Positions 50,946 to 63,400 are shown, counted from the first letter of the stretch. The stretch is DNA of 64,000 nt from Azolla caroliniana (GCA_043228905.1 JBHGNT010000020.1:4154001-4218000); one strand, 5' to 3'. Program-made: numbers and translations. The notes: generated by a model from the letters alone, not told the origin.

Positions 50946-51213
50946 GAGGTCTTGCCTCTGTTGTAACCGCTGCCTGTGGCGAAGATAGCAAGCTCGAGGT
51001 TGTTGCCTCGGTGCCTTACTATTGTACATTGTGATATAGTGATAGTTTGCAGTCTGTGGGCTACCGTGGTTTTTCCCTAGTTTGGGTTTTCCACGTAAAC
51101 ATCCTGTGTACTCTTCTCTTCACTGTGTCGTGCGTACATTACCCGTTTTTTGTGTATGATTCTAGGCTCGGTTGTGGCCGAGCGTTGTTCATCGGGAGCG
51201 TGTATTCCTGTCA
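50522..51213 (+). mobile_element. Solo LTR, 5-bp TSD GGAAT, same family as 6798-7420
   Basis: TATTAGG (TG mutated to TA)...CTGTCA flanked by GGAAT on both sides; high similarity to 6798-7420. Confidence 0.9.
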
Positions 51214-52069
51214 GGAATGACAAGAGGAAAGAGGGCTAAAGGACATCCAAGTGTGAAAGATTGATACCCTAAATGTAAATGCTATATAAACCACATGGTG
51301 GTGGCTTTGTAAGGGTTCTTCCATTTGTAAAGATCTCCCTATTGATTAAGAGCTAGAGCTTCCTCTCCTCCTTCTTGTAACCTTTAAGCTTAAGAGAGAT
51401 TAGTGAGTTGTTTAGTTAGAGAACACTAATATCTCTTCCTTGTTGGTGCTAGACCTCTTAGAAAAGAGGGTTAATAAACATATTCATCACTTTTATTGTT
51501 TATATTCATTACCTTATTGTCTATGAGAGCGAGCTTGAGAGAGAGAGAGATATATCATGCTTAATCATCTATTAATCGTTAAGTGAGTGTGAGGCTCGGA
51601 GGTGTCCGACAACCATCTCCGCCCGATTCGCCATCAAAAGGATATACGCTGATCCGGACTTTGCAAACGACATTGAGGAGTTAACTCCATCGATACATAG
51701 ATCCTACACATCTATTTGGTGTCGTTGACGGGGATACGACCGACGCTTGAAGCCGACTTCGAGTGATCAAACACTCGTAGGCAACCCACTTAATGAGGGA
51801 AGAAATCAAAACGAAACCATGTTAATTAAAATTTTTACTACACATTTTCATTAAGTTAATTTTCTGTTTTTTTTTTAGTTTTAATTTCCCCCTCCTTAAT
51901 CACTCGGACATTAGCAAGCTATTCGTCCGGTTAATGCTAAGCATTGTTGAGATTTAGCCGTTGCAAGGCAAAAGTGATCACTGCGATTCTCGCTGATTAC
52001 GATCATCTACGGGCCACGAAACAACCCTTGGCGCCAAAAAATTCAAATTTCCTGCTCAAAGTTCATCGA

Positions 52070-52250
52070 AAGATCAAGTTCGACAAGAGAACATCCTTTG
52101 ACGAAAGATCAAAGTTTGCCAAATCCTCATCTTTCGACGAACCCACATCCTTCGATGAACCCACATCTTTTGACGAAAGGTCAAAGTTTGCGAAACCCAC
52201 AAAGTTCGACGAAAGATCATCTTTTGACGAACCCGTAAAGCTTGACAAGA
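52070..52250 (+). repeat. 18-bp tandem repeats in the leader of the Athila-like element
   Basis: Units like TT(T/C)GACGAACCCACATCC and TTTGACGAAAGATCAAAG; the translation shows repeated FDEPTS/FDERSK. Confidence 0.85.
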
Positions 52251-55131
52251 GAACATGGCCGGATCCTCATGGACGGAGATGTTCAAAACACGACCCACAC
52301 GCCAGGAGGAGTCCACACAAACCAACCAAACACACGGTGATGAGCCATCTAACCCAGCTCGATACCATGGAGGGTGGTTAACCCCGGCAACGCTACCAAA
52401 CATGAACCTCCCATCGAGCCCGGCAACTAAAGCACCTCTCAACACACCCCACTACAGGAGAGCCCAATGGCAGACCCGCTCAGCGTAGAGTGACACATAC
52501 GGGATGCCGCGCAAGATTTACGTGTGATAGAACAAGAAATCAATATATGGACGATGCAACTCGCGAAAGGGGGACAACTGGAAAACATCACCCGAGATAT
52601 TGAAGCCGCTTTGGCAGAACGGAAAGGAAGCATTGTTACATACACACCATCGAGGCCGTGAGCTCAGCCCCGCACTGCATTTGAGCACAACGAGCAACAA
52701 CCCAAACGAAGCACACACGCAACGACACCCGACATCGCCACGTATGGACACGACCCCTACACCTGACCAAACTACCTCAGCACCCCTGAACACCGAACTC
52801 GCACTAGCATTACAATCCATACAAACCCTCGTGGCATTGATGGAAAAAGAGCGAGCGACCACAGACAATGCGAGAAACCCCACAAACGACAGCAGGAATT
52901 GTGCTTCCATTTCTAAACTAGTACCTTGCTTTCTCGATTTCGGTGACGCCTATGATCACGTAGAAAGGTTCAAGCAGATATGTCGAGCTTATGAGCCCCT
53001 CACAGAGACCACCAAAGTAGCCGCATTCGGACTTACACTCGATGACAAAGCCAGAATTTGGTTGAGGACTTTGAATGAGGACATCGTCACGGACTTCGAG
53101 TATGTCATTGAAGATTTCCTAATAAACTTCGCTCGTCGAGGGAATAAATGGAACCCGATCGACCAACTTTTCGCCCTCAAGTAAGAAGCGAATGAGACGG
53201 TTAGGGACTACATATGTTGCACGAAAAGCCTTCACCATCGTTGTACCCTGAGCAACAAGATTTCGGATGACAAATTGATGAGCCACTTCATCAATGGGTT
53301 GTTTGACCCGACACTCCAAAATTTCCTAATTGCCAGGATGTGTTTGTCATTCGCTGAAGCTTGCACGGTAGTGATGACTTTTGAAGATTCAATGAGCGGG
53401 TTACGGATACCCACTCAAGTGCCTACGAACAACCGTAAGAAGCCCCCAAATCCCACCCCGCCCACGCCATCGAGACTACCCCGTATAGAAAGACCCCAAG
53501 CATACACCCAAAGAGAAAATGTAAGGTGTACAGTGTGCCATGGCTACCACACGGGGCATGAGTGCCCTCTCCTCCACCAACGATGGCCGCAATACTGTAA
53601 GTGGTGCAAAACCTTTGTGATGCATTCTCAAGAGAACTGTTGCCAAGCCCCAAATGGAAGGTATAGCCAAACACCAATGGTCGAGCACCCGCGCTCACCT
53701 CCACCGCTTAGCTGCCCACACTACCAGCAATACTTCTCCAACAACCCCTAGTACCACGTATCGGCGCTCGCCTCGCCGAACTAGAATACGCCACCGATAT
53801 CCAAACTCAGGTTGGGGGGGGCGCCCCCGAAAATGAAGACTCATACCGGGAGTACGGGTTTGAAGAAGAGGTGCTTTCCCACTTCATGGACTTCGAAGGC
53901 GACCAAATACCATTGTACGTCTTGAGAGGAGAACAAAGGGGCCCGTCGATGGGATATCGCAACAATAATGGTCTAAGAAGGTCAGAATTGAAGTGTTTCA
54001 ATTGCCAAACCCCACACATGATTAGGAGTGCCCAACCAAACATAAGTACTACAACCGGATAACACAACGACCACGACACCCCCCACTCGAAACACCCCCA
54101 CAGCCACTGGTACAAAGTCTCACCCAATAGTCACACCACCTTATCGAGTGGTTCCAAAGAGAAGCGTCATGACCAGGGTGTGGTAAAGACCACTTAGTAC
54201 CTGATTGCCTAGAAAAAAAGAAACGGATTGGCGCAAATCTGTAATCTATCGTACCATCAGTGGTGGGCGCCAACGTCATCACATGAGCTCAGAGAGTAGC
54301 TCATAACTTAAAGTATCACGACCAAGACCTCCCCACGACTAGTACGTGTAAGAGACGAAAATCCAAAAAAAATGCATCCATGCAAGCCTCAAAGCAAGAT
54401 TAAGAACCAGAGGGAGACGTAGAAACAATACCTGTCAACCCTAACCAAGAGTTGCCAGCACACCTAGCAACATACCCAAACCCAGTGGCTGAAAAACAAA
54501 AGTTCGAAGAGTACATCAAACTCATATGACACGAACAGTTCGAAAGATCGCTTAGTCTCCTGAGCCTAAACTTTGACCAGCTCGAAGAATGGGTAAATCC
54601 TCCACCCCAACACACGGATACACCCCCCCTCGTCGTAACACCAACCCGCACCCCCATCTCCCAATCTACCCCAATCAAAGAGGTCGACACAGCCCTGCTC
54701 CAAGAAATATTAAATTTAAAATTATGACTCACATTACGCAAAGTACAGAGCTACACCGGCACCTTCGTGACCGACAACCCCCAACTACAACCTATACTCG
54801 CCAAAGAAATAGAGTTCACACTTGAAGAGGTGCTCAAACTCGACATCCAACCAAGGCACGTCGTCCTTCGCCGCCTCAATGGAGGCCTATCAGTAGGTTA
54901 TGGAGAAAAGATACACGCCCATATTCCTCATACGACCACAGTCCCCAAAAAACCCGAAGGAACACCGATAGATATATGTGAAGCTCACTTCGAGGGTGAC
55001 GATACTAGTTTCACTCTCCCTGTCAGCGTCAACGGCACGACGTGTGATGCGATCATTGATATCGGAGCAGGGGTAAGTATAGTCAGCTACAAATGTTGGT
55101 GTAAGTGGGGGAGCCCAAAAATGCTTCCTTC

Positions 55132-58100
55132 TGTCATGATATGGCAAGCCTCGAACCCATGACCTTATGCTACATGGGTCGAGCTCTTACCATTAGACTA
55201 TGAATTGTAATTTGTAGAATATTATTTTCATTTATATTTTATCATAGAAAATTGATGTATATTCCAGATCTCTCTAGAACATTCTAGAAGCTTCAGGATT
55301 ATTCCTAAAAACACTATAAAAGGAGGCCCAAGGCATTGTGTTGAACCAAATTGGTTCAACGCTAGTCTTAAGCCTCTTAGCCGCTTGTACTTATCTTTTC
55401 ACATAATATATTAGCTGCTGTCATCATCTTTCTCTCTCTCTCATTCTCGCTATCTCTCTCTCTCCTCTTCTCACTTCCTCTCTCGGGAATCTTACGCGGT
55501 CCCGTCCTCTTAGTACTAATAGTACTACTCTTCTTTAGTACTAATTCCATCTCTGCTTTAGTACTATTCCTGACAGTTTGAACCAATTTCTCTCCTCCAG
55601 CCTACTTGTCACTCTCCCTCATCCTCCTACCCTTTTCCCTATACTATGGCTACTGTTAGCGCCCAAGAATACCAATTCGTTTTCTCCGAGCTACAGTGCC
55701 TAAAAGAAAAGTTTGTTGCCCTGGAACAAGAAAACCAACGGTTGATAGGGGATCTGCAACAAATTGCTCTAGAAAAACAACAAACGCAACAACAACATGG
55801 GGAGTTAGCATTACGGGTACAACAACTCGAAGCAGCGTTGCAACAACAAGGATCAAGTTCCCAAGGATTTCATAAAGAGCCCAAGATTGGACTTCCTATG
55901 AAATTTGATGGAACGCGATCGCAATTCCGGGGATTCGTTAATCAGGTACGCTTAGTCATCCAGATGCATCCTTCCCGATATCCCACTGATGCATCTCGAG
56001 TCGGCCTAATAGGCGCACTACTTAGCGGCACAACCTTGGCATGGTTCGCTCCACTTCTAGAAAAACAATTGCCCTTGCTTAATAACTTTGAAGATTTTAT
56101 TGGTGAGTTTAAAGCCTGCTTTGGAGATACCGACAACATTAGGATGACGATCAACAAGATCCGAAGATTGCGTCAAGGCGATCGTCCAGCCTCTGCCTAC
56201 GCGGCAGATTTCCGTCTACTCGCCTCAGATATCCCCTAGGATGATTAGGCCCTCATGGAGCAGTTTCACTACGGCTTGCACAACGATGTCAAAGACTTGC
56301 TTTTAACCTTCCCCAAAGAACCAAAGTCTCTTACGGAGGCAATCAGTCGAGCGGTCCAATGCGACAACAGCCTTTTCGAACGGTGTTCGGAACGTCAGTT
56401 ACAAATACCACGCTCTCGGCCGGAACCCACATACACCTCAGTCATGGCTAAACCGTTTGCACGCGATGTACCTCAAGCCAATATTCCGACACCGATGGAG
56501 ATCGACACCATGCGTCGACGCGGCCCGTTATCGAAAGAAGAAAAGCAACGACGACGTGCCAATTGATTATGTCTTTATTGCGGTGGACCAGGGCATATCG
56601 CCATCAATTGTCCCCATAGGCCAAGAAGACAGGTAAATCAAATCGTCGCCTGTACTAAACCCGAGTCAATTCTTCCCTTCAGAGTGTCTGATAGTATTAA
56701 TAGTACTAATAGAGTGTCAGATAGTATTCATAGTACTAATAGCCCAAGTATCTCAAATAAATTTGAAATCCTTAGTCACTTAGATGAAGAGTTAAACAAT
56801 TGAGTCCAGCCAAAATAGGAGCCGTTTGGTTGGACAACAGCCCTAGATCTATACAACCCATTAGTGGTTCCATTCCTTCCAAGCAAGTTAGCAATGTGTT
56901 CCTAGTCCAAGTCATTGTTAGTACTAAAAGTACTCTCCCAGTACCCGTCCTAGCACTTTTAGATTCTGGCGCTAATTCCTGTTTCATGGATCGAAATTTT
57001 GCCCAAGCTTCTCAGATATCCTTACGAAAACTTCCTTGTCCCGCATCTGTAGTAGTCATTGATGGTCGTCCCATTGCTTCCGGGAATATTGTAGAAGAAT
57101 CAGAACCCATTCAAGTTGTCCTAGGTAGTTTTGTGTGTGTAATATCATTTAATATAATTAGTAGTCCAGAGCATCCCATTGTCCTAAGATTACCTTGCTT
57201 TGAATTACATAATCTAGCCATAGATTGGAGAACAAGAGAAGTTCGATATCGACCACCCCAAGAATCTACTCACCGAGTTTCGACCATTTCACTCCATCAA
57301 CTACGCGAAGAAGGACGCAAGGAGGCAATGGTCCTATTTGCAATATCAGTACATCCTTCCAGCACTATTAAGGACTCCTCAGTACAACTTCCGGCAAAAT
57401 ATCATCCTTATGCGTGAGGTATTTCGGCATCATGGCCTCCCAGACAGTATCATCAGTGACCGAGGACCGCAATTTGTCTCCAAATTTTGGCAGCATCTCT
57501 TCAAGATGCTCAAGGTCTCCTGTAACCTCTCCTCTGGCTACCATCCTCAGACCGATGGGCAGGCGGAACGAACAAACCAAACGTTGGAGCAATATCTCCG
57601 GTGTTTCCTGAGTTATCAACAGGACGATTGGGCCGAGATTCTCCACTTTGCGGAGTTTGCGTATAATAATGCTATTCACTCCTTGACTCGGGTCTCCCCA
57701 TTTTTCGCTTATACCGGTTTCCATCTTCGCTGGTCGGTGATCGACACCCCGGAGCTACCTACCAACCCTCATGCCGAGGATCATTTGGAGAGGCTACGCA
57801 AGATCTAGGTGGATCTCTCTACTCACCTTCGTTATGCTCAACACATAGAAGGCTTATGCGGATCGTCATCGGATTCCCTCCTCTTTTGCCATTGGAGATC
57901 GAGTATGGCTCTTACGTCGTCACATCAAGACTACTTGACCGTGCGACAAGTTGGATTATCGATGACTCGGTCCTTTCCGTATTACGGGTAAGATTAATGA
58001 TGTCACATTCCGCCTTGATCTCCCTCCGCAGCTTCAGATACATCCAGTTTTCCATTGTTCTCTTCTTGAACCTTATAAAGCAAACACCATTCCCAATCGT

Positions 58101-58810
58101 GTGACACCACCGCCGCCCCCATTGGAGTTGGACGTCGGCCCGGAGTATGAAGTTACTGCCATCCTCGATTCCAAACTTGTTCGCAACAAACTTTATTATT
58201 TGGTCGATTGGTTCGGTTATAGTCCGAGCGAACGTACTTGGGAACCCGTCGAGCATGTTGCCAATGCTCAGGATCTTCTTGCTGATTTCCATCGAAAGTA
58301 TCCGGACAAACCCGGTCCGCAATCAGCGCCGACTTGTTCCACTCGTCGTCTTTAAGGGGGAGATAGTGTTATGATATGTCAAGACTCGAACCCATGACCT
58401 TATGCTACATGTGTCGAGCTCTTACCATTAGACTATGAATTGTAATTTGTAGGATATTATTTTCATTTATGTTTTATCATAGAAAATTGATGTATATTCC
58501 AGATCTCTCTAGAACATTCTAGAAGCTTCAGGATTATTCCTAAAAACACTATAAAAGGAGGCACAAGGCATTGTGATGAACCAAATTGGTTCAACGCTAG
58601 TCTTAAGCCTCTTAGCCGCTTGTACTTATCTTTTCACATAATATATTAGCTGTTGTCATCATCTTTCTCTCTCTCTCATTCTTGCTATCTCTCTCTCTCC
58701 TCTTCTCACTTCCTCTCTCGGGAATCTTACGTGGTCCCGTCCTCTTAGTACTAATAGTACTGCTCTTCTTTAGTACTAATTCCATCTCTGCTTTAGTACT
58801 ATTCCTGACA
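55132..58810 (+). mobile_element. Tcn1-like chromovirus with intact ends, internally deleted (3679 bp; LTRs 55132-55575 and 58367-58810; gag, protease, integrase core, chromodomain; no RT or RNase H)
   Basis: Two 444-bp LTRs with ~12 substitutions by manual count; TSD CCTTC; gag KEPKIGLPMKFDG...CLYCGGPGHIAINC; protease ALLDSGANSCFM; integrase HGLPDSIISDRGPQF; chromodomain EYEVTAILDSK; PPT AAGGGGGAGATAG. Confidence 0.95.
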
Positions 58811-60406
58811 CCTTCGGACGTCAAACTCCGAATGGCAGATGGGTCCATCCAACGGCCAGAAGGCATGATCCATGCGCACCACTTCACTATCCACGGGGTC
58901 GAGTTCAATCTCACCTTCGTTGTCACAAGATCATCCAATCATGTGGCTTACGAGTGTTTACTAGGGAGACCATTCCTATGTGTAAGTCGCCTTGTGATGG
59001 ATTTCGGTAATGATACAATCTATATGCTTAAAAACAACAAAACCTTTCACATAAAAGCATACACACAAAAAGTGCACGAACAAGAAGGCAACCCTCTCGT
59101 GGACGACTGGTCAGAAACCACCGAGTTCCAGACCAACCTCCTAGCATGTAACCCCACAAAGAAAGTTCAGATCTTGGCTAGGGGTCACCCGTTTCCCCAA
59201 AAATCCACTAATCCTAGGGCAGAGAATGCGACAGAAGAGCAATCTATAGCTTCGATGCATCAGAGATGAATTGGGTGCACGCTCTCGCCACGACCGACGC
59301 AATGTACCCCATTGGTACAAAGTGTCGCGACGAGGATGGAGACACGATCTCGTGTTTTAATGTCACCACTCTCGTACCTCAGCAAAAACAAGTAGATGTA
59401 AAAGACGAAGACCTAGTTGAAGGGGACATGGCTCTCAAATTCGCCTCTCAACGACACACAAAAAAGCTCAAATTACGTGGCGAAGGCCCCTATGTGGTCT
59501 CAGAGATTACCAAGACAGGAGCATGTCGAATACGCACGCTCGAAGGACTCGACATCCTAGGATTCATCAATGGGAGCAAGCTCAAACGTTACTATGGGCC
59601 CCTCACCCTCGAAGCCCTACTCACGGCTCGACAACGAGAAGTGGAAGCCAAACTTAAGGCATCCAAAGGTCGAATGGCCCGACTAGAAACCAACCTTCAC
59701 AATGCGCAAGCGAAACTGAAAAGACAAGGGGACACCCACCCGACAACCATGGCTAAGGCGGTCGACTCTAATGACATGACGACGCACCTACCATGCTTCG
59801 CCGACGATGTACCTTTAATGGCGGTAATCGACACCGGAGCATCACGAACCCTTTTCTCCTTCGAAACATGGGGACATCTAGGTTGCCCGGACCTCGAAGT
59901 ATGCAATGACAACTTCCGTGGCTTTCATGGTTCCACATCACGCTGCCTCGGAACCTTCGTGTGTAACATCAAGACAAAATACAACGACCACTCAATTTGA
60001 GTTCGGGTCCTCCCACCATAAGTGTTGTACACCTAGTGCCTCCTCGGTTTGGATTGGTGTCACATAAGCGAATGCCTCTAGTAGCCAAGCAAGAACATCG
60101 TCTCTTTCCAAACTGCAAATGGGGTGAGGTCCGAGAAACTCGTTGCAACAACACTTGAATCACGTCCCACCGATCTCGGCGAACTCTAGAGCGTGAAACC
60201 ACCCAACCAAAAAGAACATGCACAACCACCAGCCACCCAAAGGCTAGAGAAACGCTAACATCAGAACAAGGACGCCTGTGCCACGCAAATGGGTGAACGT
60301 CCACGCGATTTTCATTGAAGGACCACGCCGCGGAGAACTTGCTATTTGGCGAGTCAGAAAAGCACTCACAAACGCACAAGGTTGGCACAAAGGTGCCACT
60401 AGCTTC

Positions 60407-63400
60407 TGTTGGGGACAAGGCCGTCAATGCGGAAGTGCAAGCAACATTTTGTTTGAAGAAGAACCTGTGTATGCGCATATGCAAGATAGACACACACACA
60501 CACACACAGATAGGCACAAACAAATCGTTATATTCCAATAGAAACAATTACAAAGAATGACAACCGACCTTTTCTAAAGGTTACAAAGTCACTTTATATA
60601 GTGACTGTCCTAGGGCAACTGCCCTTTATGCTATTTATAGAAATAGCCCAAACTTGGGCTGTCCTAAGGGACAGTGTGAATATGGCCATTATACACTCGT
60701 ATTCGACACTCCCCCGTAATGGGCGTATACATGGGTTATCTAAAAAATTACAAGTATATACAAGGTTTATCGGACAGGTCAGTTTTGTTAGAGTCGGCAA
60801 GATCCGAAGACAAAAGACCAAACTAATCGGGTCGGAAGAGCTGAAGCCGATCCTCAAAGAACCGATGTCGGTGGTCTGAAACCATCCTATGCTGTGTGTC
60901 TGACTTTAACCGAACTAATTTTTCGTTATGCCCATCTGGTGCCGAAGGGACTGGAAATGATCCGCCAAAAGACACTTGATCATTCCATCTGCGACATTAT
61001 CGGTTGTGGATATTTTTTTGAGACTGATTTTCCCTGAAATGATGCAGTCCTGAACGAAGTGATATCAAACGTCTATATGTTTGGAGGCGTTGTGGTGAAC
61101 CGAATTTTTTGACAAAGCAATAGCACCCTGACTGTCGCTATAGACAACTGGAGCCGTGTCAGAGTTGACCTGTCGAAATGTGTGCGCCAGCCGACCGAGC
61201 CATAAAGCTTCTTTTGCCGCGTCAGATGCAACTACATATTCCACTTCAGTCGTTGAGGTGGTTGTGCACTCCTGAAGTTTCGACTTCCATGAGATTGCTC
61301 CATTGCCGAATTTGAAACAGTATCTGGTTGTTGATTTCCGACTGTCCACACAACCGACGAAGTCCGAGTCGGTATAACCGACTACGCTTGAGGTTGAGTT
61401 CGGGCCAAAAAGAATGTCGTGGTCTTTTGCGCTAGCTAGATATCTGAACACGTTGTCGTAGTGTAGGTTGCACACTATGTGGAAATTATATTTTTGTCCC
61501 TCCGGATAGAGAATGGAGTGCTCGGTGAGAACCGGAAGAAAACGGCATACCGGCAAGGAGGAAAACGGCATACCGGCAAGGAAGAGCCGGATAAAGAGAC
61601 ATAAATGTAAAAAAAGAAAGGAAATACTCACTACTGCGCAAGGCGTGATTTGAACTCTGCACCTCCACGTTGACAAACCCCAACCTTACCATTACATTAA
61701 CTTATCTTAAGTGTTTTAAATATAGATTTAATACGTATAAGACCTTTATTTATGCATACCTTTATTAAAAGGTAAATCGTGTATTTTTTTAATATATGAA
61801 AAACACGAGACACTAAAAATAACTCATGCACATCTAGCGTGCATGAGCCCTATACTTAGGAAATAAAAAAGCATCACATGCACATTTAGTGGACATGAAC
61901 ACTTTTGTAATAAAAAAAAAGCATGAAGCCATGCTTAGCTCTTCCTTCCTTATATAAGGAGGAGAGAAATATATAAAGGGTTGTTGATTATTTGGATTAA
62001 GTATTAATCAATACAAAAATTATTCGTGGGATTCACGATTTATACATCCACTTCTCTCTTAACACCCTAAGTACCAATTAATATAGTATACTCGTGTGAT
62101 TCACGAGTTTCTTATCTTTCTCTTTGCTATTTACTCATAATTAATCTCTATCTCACGAACTTCTTTCTCCTAGTCCAAGACCTCTGTGGTTCCCACCCGA
62201 CTCACGCAACGATCCGGAGCCGAAAGGCACGACAACGTGCTTGACTGCGTTCCAGTGTGATCGGTTGGGGTTGTGCATGAATCTGCTGACGACTCCTACG
62301 ACGTGAGAAATATCAGGCCGTGTCGCGACCATCGCATACATAAGGGAGCCGACTGCCGGTGCATACGGTACCGACTTCATATCTTCCCCCTCCGGACTGG
62401 ATGTTGGGCAATCTCGCTTAGACAGCCGAAGGTTAATGGGGAGTGGTCGAAGCAGACTTGGCCGAGTGCATGTTGAAGCGTTCCAAGACACGTTCGATGT
62501 AGTCGGTTTGAGACAAGAAAAGTTGTCGTTTATCGCGATGTCCATTAATCTTCATACCAAGTATGTGTCTTGCCGAACCGAGGTCCTTCATGGCAAACTT
62601 CAACCGTAGTTTCCGAACGACATGCCGACCGGAGAGTAGCATGTCGTCCACGCAGATGATGAGGAAGACGGGAGACCCATCTTGAGTTGTTTTGGTGAAG
62701 AGACAGTGGTCCTCATCGCTCTTTGAGAAGCCGATCGATTGGATGAAGTCGTCGAACTTCTTGTACCACTGTCGGGCTGCCTATTTCAGGCCGTAGAGAC
62801 TCTTCTTGAGTCGGTAGACTAGATGTTCCTGGCCAGATGCCACAAAGCCTTTCAGCTGCTCCATATAGATTTCCTCCTATAGGTCACCATGGAGGAATGC
62901 CGTTTTTACATCTAGTTGAATCAGCTCCAAGTTGTTGGCGGCCACGACGCCGAGCATGAAACGAAGGGTCGTCATTTTCACCACTGGTGAAAAGATTTCG
63001 TCGAAGTCGACACCATATTCTTGTCTGAACCCCTTCGCAACTAATCTGGCCTTGTACTTTGGGTTGGTCGAGTCAAACGTCTCTTTTAGGCGATAGACCC
63101 ACTTACATGGAAGAGCATGTCGATTCTTCGGTAATTCGACCAAGTCCCAAGTCTTGTTTGCCCGAATGGAGTGCATTTCCGACTCCATCGCCAAATGCCA
63201 TGTGGTTGAATTGGCTGATGCTGATGCTTCTTCGTAAGACGTCAGTTTGTCGGCATCGGTAAAGAAAATTCCAGGAGAGTACCTCTCCGGAGGTTGCGAC
63301 AGTCTCTCGAATCTACGAGGTATGACTGGACTAGTCACACCGGGTGTCGATGTCGGATGGTCAGGAGCCGAGCCATTCGGCTGTGCCAAATTGGTGGATT

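Larger units (their letters stand above)
50423..60406 (+). mobile_element. Large non-chromovirus (Athila-like) Gypsy element, decayed and internally deleted: 5' LTR ~50423-51710, degenerate tRNA-Asp PBS, gag, protease, integrase C-terminus, second protease
   Basis: LTR termini TGTGTAG...CTACACA; PBS TGGTGTCGTTGACGGG at 51717; gag AFGLTLDDKARIWL...HFINGL; protease AIIDIGAGVS|...LLGRPFL split by the element at 55132-58810; GPY/F motif at 59485. No RT found. Confidence 0.75.

Noticed and set aside
51944-52381. 145-aa ORF with FDEPTS repeats as an extra retroelement protein
   Set aside because: Non-ATG start, and the open frame is explained by 18-bp tandem repeats in the leader.
55377-55586. Duplicated small ORF (also 58612-58938)
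   Set aside because: Antisense translation of the two LTR copies.
1015-60708. LTRs 1015-1303 and 60407-60708 as the two ends of one giant element
   Set aside because: Their internal regions point outward (PBS and gag left of 1015; PPT and RT right of 60708) and the LTRs are substantially diverged, so they are separate insertions of one family.
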